Assembly (NCBI RefSeq): GCF_028641065.1
Contig: NC_073413.1
Coordinates: forward strand, 9,238,001-9,302,000
Length of the DNA: 64,000 bases
DNA from: Leucoraja erinacea
Taxonomy: Eukaryota
Direction: 5' to 3'
Shown here: piece by piece, positions 25,500 through 38,000 of the stretch
Layout of the letters: each line of letters opens with the position of its first letter
How positions within the stretch are numbered: the stretch's first letter is position 1
The notes under the pieces: generated by a model
The model's input: the letters and a program-made list of their open reading frames with translations, nothing else
What the model was told of the DNA's origin: nothing
Database searches by the model: none
Made by a program: the position numbers and the translations under genes

Positions 25500-28400
25500 A
25501 CACTTATTATTATTTATTCAAATCATTTGCTATGTCGCTCTTCCAGGGAGATGCTAAATGCATTTCGTTGTCTCTGTACTGTACACTGACAATGACAATT
25601 AAAATTGAATCTGAATCTGAAAATGCAGCAGCTGGCTGAGCCCTCACTCAGATGGACTCAACTTGTCTCTCTCAATTTGGCATTAATTGAGAGAGACGTA
25701 TTTTGCAAGTGAGCAGGGCTAGAATGTGTTGTAATTTCCATAATTGTGATAAATGTGGTGAAATTCCCCACTGACAGAAATTTAAGGCCAAGGACACACA
25801 ACCATGATCTGAAGAAAGATTCCAACCCCAAATGTTGTTTGGTCTATTTCCCTCAACAGATGCTGCTTGACCCATTAAGTTGCTCCATCCAGTTGTTTTT
25901 AGCTCAAGGTTACAGCATCTGCAGTCTCTTGTGTCTCCCTGCCACAATTTATTTACCCTCCATCTAAAAGACCATCTAAAGGACCAAAATAGGTGAACGT
26001 TAACATCTCAGGTACAAGTCAGTAATAGATCCTGCAATTGTTAAAGCTGCCTTTAAAAGGTAAACTTATGGTTTTGATAGTGAATGTAATCATATGTACC
26101 ATCACACAGTTGTATTTCTGTACATGTGGCATTCAGGAAAGTGCTGGATTCATGCCACATTATCTGACCTGCTCACTGATTTGTCAAGCCGACAAGCCAC
26201 GTTGTAAAGACTATACTCGTCTCCATGGATACCTTGCTGTGAAGATTACATCTCATTTAATCCATGATCAGATAACATGACTAGCATTAGCTAGAAATTT
26301 ATTTTTCTTGCGATGACGGAAGCAAAACCACTGGGCTGTCACTGAGTGCTTAAGTGACATAGTGGATTAACAGGATTAGGGTCAGCGGAGAATGTATTGT
26401 AATCCTATTATTTCTATTCCAATGCAAAACCACCATCATGTTGTCTGTAAAATGTCCCTTTTCTTTACAGACATGATTCCTTCATAATACTATTATAAGG
26501 CTCCATATGTTTTGATAATGAGATAAATTTAGAAATTAAGCAGCACTTTAATTTCTGATTTAAAAAAAGTTTCATTCTATTAAAATAGTGCAGGTGCCAG
26601 TTGTATATTTCTGCCTCAAATTCTGATCCAGTATCTAACATGGTGCTGAGGGAGTGCTCCACTTAAATGTATCATTTGAATGAGGCATTAAACACAATTG
26701 CTGGTAAACAGACTTAGTATAATTGGAGAGAAGGAATAAGTGACGTTGCGGGTCAAGATTCTTCTTCAGACTGAGTCAGGGGATTCTGACCCTGACCCTT
26801 GACTCTCAATCTGAAGAAGGGTTTCGCCCGAAACGTCACCCAATCCTTCTCTCAAGAGAGGCTGCCTGAGTTACTCCAGCATTTTGTGTCTATCTTTAGT
26901 ATACTTGATAATTGTCAGTTACCAAGGACATTGTGGGGTGATGGTGTTTTATGATAAGCCCCATCTGCTCTCTAAAAGATTCCATGACACTACTTCAAAT
27001 AGCAAAGAGTACACCCTGGTTTCTGCTTCAATGCTTATCTCTCATGCAATATCACAAATACAATTTCTCTCGACATTTTCACTCTGAGTTTGAGTGGTTG
27101 ATTGCAAATTGGCTGGCACATTATCACCAATGCAACGAGAGCTTTGCTTCAAAGGTAATTCAGTAGCTATAAATGCTTTGAGACATCCTGAGAGGTGCTA
27201 CATAAACACAAGCCCTTCTCTTCCACTTTAGTCGATAATGCTCAATGGTGCATCTCCAGGATTTTGAAAGGAAGTACATAAAATCCAAGTCTCCACTCTT
27301 GAATCTGTATTCAGAATAGGAGAGTCTTGACCCAAAACGTCACCCATTCCTTCTCTCCAGAGAAGCTGTTCCATCGAGTTACTCCAGCATCAACAGACAG
27401 GGCTGTTGGATCAGTATGATACGATAGAACTTTATTTATCTCAGAAGGGGACCTTTCTTCAGACTGAGAGTCAGGGGAGAGGGAGATTTGAGATATGGAA
27501 GGGTAAGGTGTGAAAGGGAGTTGATTGTAATCATGTATGGGTGATTTTCCTGGATAGCACACAAAATAAAGTTTTTCATTGCATCTCAGTACACATAATC
27601 ATAATAAACCAATACCAAGAATGGATGGTGGGAAGCTCATCAGACCACTGAACTGTCAAGTTGACATGAGGTTGTCACAAAACAGGTCAAACGGTGAGCT
27701 TTACGTCTGTCTTGGAGAGGGTACCACCCCAGTGAATTCAGAATGCTAGATGCAGGAAACATGTTCCCGATGTTGGGGGAAGTCCAGAACGAGGGGCCAC
27801 AGTTTAAGAATAAGGGGTAGGCCATTTAGAACTGAGACGAGGAAAAAACTTTTCACACAAGAGTTGTGTGTATATATATTCATTGGTATATGGTCCCACT
27901 GATCTGTTCTGTTCTGTATTTATTTATGCCTACTATATTCTGTTGTGCAGAAGCAAAGCAAGAATTTCATTGTCCTATCTGGGACACATGACAATAAACT
28001 CTCTTGAATCTTGAAAGATTGGAGGCCCCTGGGCTAGAGGAATGAAGGGATATGGGGAGAAGGCAGGAACAGGGTACTGTGATTGTGGATGATGAGCCAT
28101 GATCACAGTGAATGGCGTTGCAGGCTCGAAGGGTCGAATGGCCTACTCCTGCACCTATTGTCTCCGAGCTCTGAACTGCAAAAGACTATAATATTATTTG
28201 TTATTTATTGAACTTTTATCTTTTGTTTCCGTTATGTACAATATTTGCATATTCACATATTCTGTTTTGGTTGGTTCTTGGTTTCTTGGTCCTCCAAAAT
28301 ATTCCAAATGGAATTTAAACTGCAGCAAGTAAGAATGTCAATGTCATCTGTGTATATATTTATATCATGGTATATGGACACACTGATCAGCAACTGGATG

Positions 28401-28702
28401 TCACTCAACCTTCTAAAACTCAATGGAAATAAAACAGAAATCATGCTAATTGGCTCAAAGTCCACACTCTCCAAAACCCACCCGTTCACCATTTCAGTTG
28501 ATGGCTCACCCATACCCACCTCCTCCCATGTCAAAAGTCTCGGCGTCATTCTGGACCGTACACTTTCCTTTGGCCCCCACATCAGCAATATCACACGCTC
28601 TGCATATTCTCATCTCCGCAACATCTCCAGACTCCGCCCCTCCCTCTCCAAAGACAATACAAAAGTCCTCATCCACGCTCTGGTCACATCCCGCATCGAT
28701 TA

Positions 28703-28800
28703 CTGAAGAAGGGTTTCGGCCCGAAACGTTGCCTATTTCCTTCGCTCCATAGATGCTGCTGCACCCGTTGAGTTTCTCCAGCTTTTTTGTGTACCTTCGA
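28703..28800 (+). mobile_element. Hammerhead-bearing Penelope-derived short insertion inside a LINE
   Basis: Starts CTGAAGAAGGGTTTCGGCCCGAAACGTT; flanked by duplicated TCGATTACTG (28696-28705, 28797-28806), which interrupts the LINE SRIDYCN motif. Confidence 0.7.
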
Positions 28801-29121
28801 TTACTGCAACACCCTCCTCACTTGCACCTCCAATAAACTTCTTCATCGCCTCCAATGCATTCAGAACTCTGCAGCCCGGATCATCACCCGCACCAGATCA
28901 TCGGACCACATCACACCCATCCTCACTCAGCTCCACTGGCTCCCTGTGCACCACCGGATTAACTACAGGATTTTACTGCTGACCTTCAAAGCCCTACACC
29001 ACCTTGCTCCCCAATACCTCTCTGACCTGCTGCTACCATACACTCCTTCCCAGTCACTTCGTTCCTCCTCAGCTGTAATTTTAACTGTCCCCACATTTAG
29101 ACTCAGCACCATGGGTGCCAG

Positions 29122-29148
29122 CAAAGATCCTATAGCAGAGGATCTTTG
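29122..29148. mobile_element. 27-bp palindromic hAT-type mini-insertion
   Basis: CAAAGATCCT-atagcag-AGGATCTTTG flanked by a perfect 8-bp direct repeat GGTGCCAG, inside an L2-like LINE. Confidence 0.75.
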
Positions 29149-29686
29149 GGTGCCAGAGCCTTCAGCTGCTCTGCCCCACATCTCTGGAACACTCTCCCAC
29201 CTCCCATCCGTCACCTGGACACTATCGATCAATTCAAATCACAACTCAAAACACACCTGTTTAGATTAGCATACCCGACATAACTTCCACCATGTTCACC
29301 CTGATTTTAATGACTTAAAATGTTTTGTGTATTTTTTGTTTTTAATCAACTTCATTTTAATAGTGATAAATGTATTGTGATTTTATGTTCTGTAAGGTGT
29401 CCTTGGGTGTCCAGAAAGGCGCGAGCAAATAAAATGCATTATTATTATTATTACTGATCTGTTTTGTAGTAAATGCCTACTATGTTCTGTTGTGTTGAAG
29501 CAAAGCAAGAATTCCATTGTCCTATACAGGGACACATGACAATAAACTCACTTGAACTTGAACAATGTCATTGTCCCGTCCGGGACATAAGACAAGAAAA
29601 CACTCTTGTGCCTATGCTATGAGTTACTCCAGCATTTTGTGTCCGTCTCCAATGTTCTTACCAAAGATGGTTCGTTCATACATACC

Positions 29687-29765
29687 GTTGGGTTGGGTTG
29701 GGTTGGTGGGTTGGGTTGGTGGGTTGGGTTGGTGGGTTGGGTTGGGTTGGTGGGTTGGGTTGGTG
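29687..29765. repeat. (GGGTT/GGT)n microsatellite
   Basis: Read directly; more than 10 GGG runs. Confidence 0.9.
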
Positions 29766-30029
29766 AGCTGTCCCACTGAGCCGTCCCCCTGGCGTCCCGC
29801 CCTCTGCTGCCGGCTCGCGCCCGCCCGCCTGATCTTTGTACCAAACCGCCGAGCGCGTGATCCCAGACGGGACCAACCGCCTTTCCCGCCGTACAAAAGC
29901 GCCAAATTCCCCTTCGCCCCCACCTACGGGATAAAAACAAAGCACCTCCAACCGTTGTAGACACGATAGAAAATCTCAGATTAAAGTAGAGAGACGCGGT
30001 CGAGGGCGGTTTTGGAGGTGGGACTATAT

Positions 30030-30120
30030 TGTGATGACGTGGGCGGAGGGACGCGGCGGGGTGTGACGCGACCGCGTCTATATAAGGAGACGCGCGGAGC
30101 TTTCTTCTCGTTCCTCCAGC
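30030..30120 (+). promoter_or_regulatory. ATF4: ATF4 core promoter: TGACGTGG, GC box, TATA box, pyrimidine-rich start region
   Basis: TGACGTGG at 30035-30042, GGGCGG at 30041-30046, TATATAAG at 30079-30086 and CTTTCTTCTC at 30100-30109, within a CpG island of about 29780-30970. Confidence 0.7.
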
Positions 30121-30172
30121 GGCATTTTGACGATTAGCGATCAGGGTTTGGCAGGTCCGCCTCTCTCTCGGC

Positions 30173-30187
30173 ATGGCGGCTCAATAG
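30173..30187 (+). CDS. ATF4 uORF1, MAAQ*
   Basis: GGC ATG GCG GCT CAA TAG in exon 1. Its position matches the short reinitiation-permissive uORF1 of vertebrate ATF4. Confidence 0.75.
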   Translation: MAAQ

Positions 30188-30248
30188 ATCGGTAGCAGCG
30201 GCCAAACGCAACAGTGCAGAGCACTGGGCAAACGTGCATCCTTTCAAA

Positions 30249-31517
30249 ATGGCGTAAGTATTAAGTTAAAAGACTCCCTTTTCGCCGTTTCCCCCCCATC
30301 TCTCCTCAAGCCACCGCGCCGGCAGCGAGCGGCGACTCAACATGGCGCGTCCGCCCTTCCCGCCGACGGGACGGGACGGGACCCGCCTCAACTTTAAACG
30401 GCGCCGAATACAACAGAACCTTTTATAATAATTTAATAATCTATTTTTGTGAGCGGTGAATCTGTGCCGCCGTGGGTGGGTGGAAAGCGAGGGTGAAAGA
30501 CGGCGATGTCGAAAACTAAAAAGGAGCGTGAAGGGGTCTGCGAGGAAGAAACGGCGCCAATCTGATCGCCTCCCCGGGCTCTGGAGAGTGTAGGGGTTTG
30601 ATGGTGCTGGTTTACACCGAAGATAAACACAACATGTTAGGATAGGCAGCTTCCCTGGAGAGAAGGAATGGGTGACATTTCGCGTCGAGACCCTTCTTCG
30701 TTGTATGACATGGGGGAGTGGGTTTACGTTCGGGGAGAGGGGGTCGATTGCCGGGCTTGATCAGCAGGTTCATCTCCTTGAGGGTCGGAGCTGAAGGAGA
30801 CGGCGAGGTTAAGATGGCGGCGCCGGCTGGAGTGAAACGTGGCAGCGGCTGATGGGGGCGGTCCCTCCCTCCCTCCCTCGCACCGGGCGGGGCATGTCCT
30901 CTCTACACTTCCCTCCCGACAACTAGAACCGTGGCATGTCCGCCTGGCTCCGGCCGTCCCCTTCCTCGTTCCTTCCCCTTTGTTTAATTCCTTAGTGTTG
31001 GTCTCCAGTTCACTTCGGGTGAGGCAAGGGTTTGTTGGGCAAAAGGGTCCGTGAGTCGTGGACGATGGGCAATTGTAAAGACAGTGCTGCTGCCAACCGA
31101 CACGGAAACTATGACAATCTACCCCCTGCCGGACAGAAGGAATGGGTGACTTTTCCGGTCGAGACCCTACTGTCTGTCCCCGCTGTGTTACTCCAGTATT
31201 TTGTGCCCAACTTAAATAGAATTGTCGGGATTCAAAACCCAAAATAGGTGGGTTTTGTGAAATGAACATCGGTAAATTAAACTTTTTTCTGAATGCTGCA
31301 GTGATACGCTTGGATGCATTGAGCCGTCTTGTTTGTCCTTCTCAGGTTCCACAATGGGCTTCTCAGCTTTGCTGTAGTCGACAGCGCAGACACACTCGAC
31401 TTGAAGACTGTGTTTTCCCTCGAAGAGTATCTCAAAGTTCAGAAAGATGTCAGTTTGGTCAGATTCATCCATGATGGACTATATGTCCCACCTCGATTTG
31501 CCGTTTCTGGTGGCTGA
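30249..31517 (+). CDS. ATF4 uORF2 (spliced 30249-30253 + 31346-31517), 58 aa, overlapping the main ORF out of frame
   Basis: ATG GC|GTAAGT ... CTCAG|G TTC gives MAFHNGLLSFAVVDSADTLDLK...GLYVPPRFAVSGG*. The C-terminus resembles the recalled human uORF2 end (GLDVPLRPVGFGG*). It overlaps the main ATG at 31447 by 71 nt. Confidence 0.85.
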
Positions 31518-31660
31518 CGGGGACCCTTGTCTCTTGCACGCAGATCTGGAGGCCGGGCCGGTGAAGCCTTGCCTCAGACCTCACCAGTTTGGTGGCAATG
31601 GGGAAAGTGAATTGTCCTACCAGTGCCCATGTATTAACCTTTTGGGCTCTTGTAATGTGG
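31447..31660 (+). CDS. ATF4: ATF4 coding exon 1
   Basis: MSVWSDSSMMDYMSHLDLPFL...; donor GTAAGT at 31661, phase 1. The exact start (31447 or a downstream Met) is inferred from the uORF2 overlap. Confidence 0.85.
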
Positions 31661-31940
31661 GTAAGTTAACAAATGTAGCATTGATTGAAATTTGTTGATG
31701 GCTCGGAGGCCAACCTTTAGAGTTGATGAGCAGTATTGCAATTGTATCAACTGGTAATGTATTTAATACTAAAACAAACGGAATCGTTAATGTGGAGCTA
31801 TTGTATGGTACCAAGTATCAGGCATTTACATGCAAAAATGATAACTAGATCCTTGAGCTGAACCCAATTGACTGACAATGTAGTGTATTTGGAGCTATTT
31901 CATCCATTTGACGGGGCAATTTTTCCCCTTTTTCTTCCAG

Positions 31941-32770
31941 AGGATGCATTCACCGGCTTGGAATGGATGGCACAGAAGGTGAATCTCTTTGACACACTGA
32001 ACGAAGATGAAAATGACAATGACAGCACCTCTTCAGAAGATCTGCTGGCTGTCTTGGACAGTTCTTGTGGTCTTCTGGGAGAGCTGCCTTTTGATCCCTT
32101 GCCAACTAAACAGGTAGCTGATCTTGACCTGAGTCTTGATCTTGAGTCTGTCCCAAATTCACCTGGAGGGGTAGATAAGCTGGCCCCTGCAGTTGTTCCA
32201 GATTGCATATTCTTCTCTGATGACTCATTCCACTTAGAGGAAGGAAAGATTGTTGTTTCAGATTTTGAGGAAAAGCCAGACTTATTTTTGCTTCAATCAA
32301 CCATTCTGCAGGATTCCTGCACAGAAATAGACGAAGGGCCAATATTAGATTCTGATAGTGGGGTTGGTTCCAGCCCCCCTCATTCCCCTGTTGAATCTTT
32401 AGATAGAAGTGTGTCAGAGAGATCACTTGAAGACAAGTCCATACTCAATGACTATAGCCCTGCAAGGTCGAAACCATATGATCGTCCTGGTGCGAAAACT
32501 GTAGCAAACTCACCAAAAGTAAAAAGCAATTGTTCGGAACCGAAGAGTGCAGAAAAAAAATTGAAGAAGATGGAGCAGAACAAGAGTGCAGCAACACGAT
32601 ACAGACAGAAGAAGAGGGACGAACAAGGTGCTATTTCTGAAGAGTGTAGTTCATTAGAGAGAAAAAATAAGGCCTTGCAAGAAAAAACCGATTCGTTGAC
32701 TAAAGAGATCCAATATTTAAAGGGCTTGATAGAAGAGGTCCGGAAAAGTAAAAGTGCAAAAAGCGTGTAA
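31941..32770 (+). CDS. ATF4: ATF4 coding exon 2 (degron and bZIP)
   Basis: EDAFTGLEWM..., DSGVGSS, ARSKPYD, KKLKKMEQNKSAATRYRQKKR...LTKEIQYLKGLIEEVRK. Acceptor TTCCAG| at 31940; AATAAA at 32834-32839. Confidence 0.97.
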
Positions 32771-33983
32771 TATGGCATTAATGGTTTAGTTTTGTGCATA
32801 ATATGTAGTGTTGGCTAAATATTGTACTTTTTTAATAAAATGTGAAACAACAATCACTTGCAATGTCTTGATTTGTAGTAACTCCAACTTATCCCTTCCA
32901 TTTCTGCATTAACTACATATTTCAGATTTGTTTGTTTTTCTGGTTTAAATGCAGGCATATATTTTCCATTAATCCATTTGTCCCATCCTGGCTTTATGAG
33001 CACTTTATATTGGCAAATTAATTCTGCTTACTGCAATTTGATATATTTCAATCCCATGTTCATGTGGTTCCTATCATTGGCAATTGAAAGTAATCAGTTG
33101 AAATAATGCTAGACGTCAACTGTTATTACTATACGGATAGGAAAATGGAACTAATACTATTAGTTCAAGAAGCTGGCAAAGATATGGTAAATTGAACAAA
33201 CTCTTCCCTTCCAATGTCGGAGATAGTAATTTAACAATATAAAACCCATTAATAATCTGACTGTTTGCATTCTCCTCTAGCTTTTTGTAGTCAAATTAAC
33301 GAACCAGCAGAGCTTTTGATAAGCTAAGCAAGCAGATGAAACCTATGCAATTACAAAGAATATGCATTGTTGGTTGGAATTGAACCTGGTGGCTGGAGCT
33401 GTGGGTGTAGCATGTCCATAGCTAGATGTGAGTAGAGTCCTGGAAATGCTCAGCAAGGCAGCTAGCACCTGGAGATAAATTTAATTAGCTAGTTTGGATA
33501 CAGGCAACAAAATATCAAGATTCAGATCAAATATCAAGATGAAATGCTGGCTGGAGTGAAGGTTCCAGTCTGATGCGAATTAGGGAGAAGGTAGAAATAT
33601 TTTCACTATCTTGGTACACATTACAATTATAAGTGCCATGTGGAACAACTAGCAGAAAATTGTTGAGGCACGGAAATGCTGCAATAACCAAGCTGAAAAC
33701 TGTCTCGAGGTATGCAGAGGAGCATGAGTAGTCCTGTCGGAAGTGGGTAGATAACCATTAATGGAAAACCAAATTCAAATGAAAGGAGAGTAAACTTCCA
33801 AGAATTGAAGGCATAGCCACCAATGGTGTACAAAGGATTTTAGTACAGAAGGTGGTGTGAAGTGATTCTCATTACTCCTAACTTTTCACCTGTGATGTTA
33901 TGCGTACATTCAAACCATTTGCCTCAAGTCCAGAATGAGACCACAACTGACTGAATGCGCTTTCAGTTGGAGGAGTGGATAAA

Positions 33984-35052
33984 GAAACATATAAAACATA
34001 GAAATTAGGTGCAGGAGTAGGCCATTCGGCCCTTCGAGCCTGCACCGCCATTCAATATAATCATGGCTGATCATCCAACTCAGTATCCCGTACCTGCCTT
34101 CTCTCCATACCCCCTGATCCCCTTAGCCACAAGGGCCACATCTAACTCCCTCTTAAATATAGCCAATGAACTGGCCTCAACTACCCTCTGTGGCAGAGAG
34201 TTCCAGAGATTCACCACTCTGTGTGAAAAAAGTTCTTCTCATCTCGGGTTTTAAAGGATTTCCCCCTTATCCTTAAGCTGTGACCCCTTGTCCTGGACTT
34301 CCCTAACATCGGGAACAATCTTCCTGCATCTAGCCTGTCCAACCCCTTAAGAATTTTGTAAGTTTCTATAAGATCCCTTCTCAATCTCCTAAATTCTAGA
34401 GAGTATAAACCAAGTCTATCCAGTCTTTCTTCATAAGACCGTCCTGACATCCCAGGAATCAGTCTGGTGAAACGTCTCTGCACTCCCTCTATGGCAATAA
34501 TGTCCTTCCTCAGATTTGGAGACCAAAACTGTACGCAATACTCCAGGTGTGGTCTCACCAAGACCCTGTACAACTGCAGTAGAACCTCCCTGCTCCTATA
34601 CTCAAATCCTTTTGCAATGAAAGCTAACATACCATTCGCTTTCTTTACTGCCTGCTGAACCTGCATGCCTACCTTCAATGACTGGTGTACCATGACACCC
34701 AGGTCTCGCTGCATCTCCCCCTTTCCCAATCGGCCACCATTTAGATAATAGTCTGCTTTCCCGTTTTTTCCACCAAAATGGATAACCTCACATTTATCCA
34801 CATTATACTGCATCTGCCAAACATTTGCCCACTCACCCAGCCTATCCAAGTCACCTTGCAGTCTCCTAGCATTCTCCTCACAGCTAACACTGCAGCTTAG
34901 TGTCATCCGCAAATTTGGAGATATTGCCTTCAATTCCCCCATCCAGATCATTAATATATATTGTAAATAGCTGGGGTCCCAGCACTGAGCCTTGCGGTAC
35001 CCCACTAGTCACTGCCTGCCATTGTGAAAAGGACCCGTTTACTCCTACTCTT
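33984..35052 (-). mobile_element. CR1/HER1-like LINE, 3' RT fragment
   Basis: [54 protein letters not shown]; tail TTTCTATG-like. Confidence 0.9.
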
Positions 35053-38000
35053 AGACCACCAAAGAGCTTCCCACAGATGTTCAAAGGTGCTTACAGAATG
35101 CAAAGTGCTCTTCCTCTGATCAACAACTTGCTTCAGATGATCCCCATAGAGGGAAGAACCTGCTTTGCTCTCCGATCCTAATGGCAGCTGTGCCTAGTGA
35201 GGATCCCTCTTGTTCCTAAATGATATTTAGGAGGTTTGCATTTAATTCCAGAAAATATTGCACATTCTAGGACAACTGAGATGTTGAACCAAGGCCCGTG
35301 TGTTCTCTGAGGTAGAGCCTATTTGAGTGATCCGTGTGGAAAAAATAGTTGGCCAACTAACTATCTTGAAAAATATACAGTTCATTTAGTATGGAAGAAG
35401 AAAAGAATGGAATTATTAATTGGCGAAGGCTGCATTTGTTGCTTCCATTTTCTGACTGGGTCCAAGCCCCACTCCAGAGAGGAGTATCCCTTACAATCCT
35501 GAGCGCTATTTTCTAGAACAGCTACCGTTTTTAATGTGATGGCAATGTTCATCCCCCAATGTCCCAGCTACGCTAGTCCCACTTGTCTGCTTGGTCCATA
35601 TCCTTCCAAACCTGTCCTGTCCATGTACCCGTCTGTTTTTTAAACGATGGGATAGTCCCAGCCTCAACTACCTCTTCTGGCAGCTTGTTCCATACACCAA
35701 CCATCCTAACGGCATAGATAATCTATCAGACTCACAATATTGCATTGATTTAGGGATCTTCCTGTGTAAAGTGTGCTACATTTACAGAAAATAAAAGCAC
35801 TTGCAAATGAGCAACAACTGAGCCTCAGGAAGCCCCTGAACAAACTTGTCATTTGCCTTAACCCTTCTTCAACAAAGCACAGCATCACTCTTCTGTTTGG
35901 AAACTCTTGTGGCATAAAATAATACCTATGCATTAATACCTACATCTGAAGAAGGCCCCTGTGAAATCTCCTCAAGGCATGCCTACTTTAAAGAAGTTCT
36001 CTCTCTGAAGACAGTTTAACAACCTCCTCTCTGACTGACCCCCCCCCCCCCTCTGTGATTCCCCCTTCCCTCCAACTCTATGACCACATCTTAACCCAGA
36101 CCTGTTACCACAGCCACGCTTGTTTTCTCGCAACTTGCCTGCGCCTCCAGTCTGAAGAAGTGTCTTGACCCGAAACGTCACCTATTTCCTTTGCTCCATA
36201 GATACTGCCTCACCCGCTGAGTTTCTCCAGCATTTTTGTCTACCTATGCCTTCAAGGTTACTACTGTTGCTTGGGCTGCAACAACAGTAGTTATTGGTGT
36301 AGGGAGATGTTGAGCAGTCCAGAACATGAGGTGTGTGGAAATGTTAAATAAAACAGGAATAGTTAGTCTAATGGGAGCACACTCCATACAGTTCTCCATT
36401 TGCAGCTGCAGAACTCGTTTTCATATCAAACTGCCGTTGCTCAGCACGCCACAGATATTTCAACTAAGTTCTATATATTTTCAACAGAGACCGCAAATTC
36501 CACTGTAATTTGAGGCAGTTGGGTAACGACTGCTGTGATCCGAGCAGCTGCTGAGAGGCAGCTGAGCTACTATCCTGCTCAAACCTACTGCTTAAACTGT
36601 TTGGCACTAGAACCTTGACATTAGGGACTCCTTACATCTAATTAATGCCCCCATCAGAGCGATTGATTGTTGAGATGAAAGCAAATACATTGTAGGGGAA
36701 CAGCAAGCAGGTTGGTAATGGTTCCCTGAGGGCGTTAGTTATAGGTTGAAAGACTGCAGAGAGTTTAATTCAAAAGGGCAGAGACAGCAAGAGCATTGTA
36801 GAAGTCGCAATGTTCAACTCAGGTGCTTATTAGCCTGTCAGATGAGGCTAAGGGACCCAGTAATTTATCGGAAGGCTGAGGGTGTGTTTTCCCTCTTAAT
36901 CCATTCCATAACCTCTCTCATTAAAGTTAAATATCAGCTTACTGTTAAGGGAGATGGCCCCTACATTCCTGTTCTAACCACATTTGCGGAAACAGTCATT
37001 AGCCCTGCAGCAGTCAGGGAGAAGTTGTGGTAGGGTTTGTATAAGAGTTTGTCTTCCCTGTGGGGGCAGGGAGACAAAGGGTGTAACAAATGCATCTGTG
37101 ACTTGAGTCTCTGATCGAGAACAAGCTACATTCACAGTAAAACCTTCTAAGGTTCGTTTATGAGACAGTCAAATAGTGAAGAATGTTTAATTGTTACATG
37201 CTGTGAACTGGAACAATTAAATTGAAATGAATGTGTGGCCAGGGTGGTGTGGGTGTCTGATTATGCTGGCTGCCTTTTTGTGCTGGGACCAGGAAAGATC
37301 TTCAGAACTATGCACTTCCAGGAATCTGAAGTTTTTGACTCTCCACCATTGTCCCATTGATATAAACTGGATTGTGGGTCCTCATCTTTCCTCTTCCAAA
37401 GTCCACTATCAGTTAATTGGTCTGGCTGACATTGAGAGCCAGGTTGTTGTGCTGGCACCATTTGGTCAGTCAATTGATCGCACTTCAAAGAGCATCATAC
37501 TGTCCTTCTCGTCTCGAGGGCAATTGCCCCCAAGTTTTAGAGATACAGTATAGACAGAGGCCCTTCGGCCCACCGAGTCCACGCTGACCAGTGATCACCC
37601 ATACACGAGTTCTACCCGACACACTACAGACATTTTACAGAAGCCAATTAACCTAAAAAAACCTGAGTGTCTTTTCAATGTGGAAGGAAACTGGAGAAAA
37701 CCCACCCAGGGAAAATGTACAAACTCTACAGACAACACCAGTAGTCAGGATCGAACTTGGATCTCTGGTGCTGGAAGGAAGCAATTCTATCGCTACACCC
37801 CTCTGTCGCCAAGGAAACATAAAAAAGGGATTTCTGAAATGAGGAAGTGTCAATGAACTTCCCTTAGTAAATGTTTATTTTTGATGCAAGAAAGAGGAAC
37901 AAGGAATTAAAAAAAAAATTTAATTCAGTAATGTGGAATTAAATACCAAAAACAAACTCTTAAATTGTTTCAATTTTCAGATTGGGATATTTAAGTTGGA

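Larger units (their letters stand above)
28380..29453 (+). mobile_element. L2-like LINE 3' fragment
   Basis: NWMSLNLLKLNGNKTE...VKSLGVILD..LSF..HI...LVTSRIDYCN...IQNSAARII...HITPILTQLHWLPV; ends AATAAAATGC(ATT)n. Confidence 0.85.

Noticed and set aside
31868-31940. N-terminal part of the 300-aa ATF4 ORF in the track
   Set aside because: Intronic; the real exon starts at 31941 after a polypyrimidine tract and AG.
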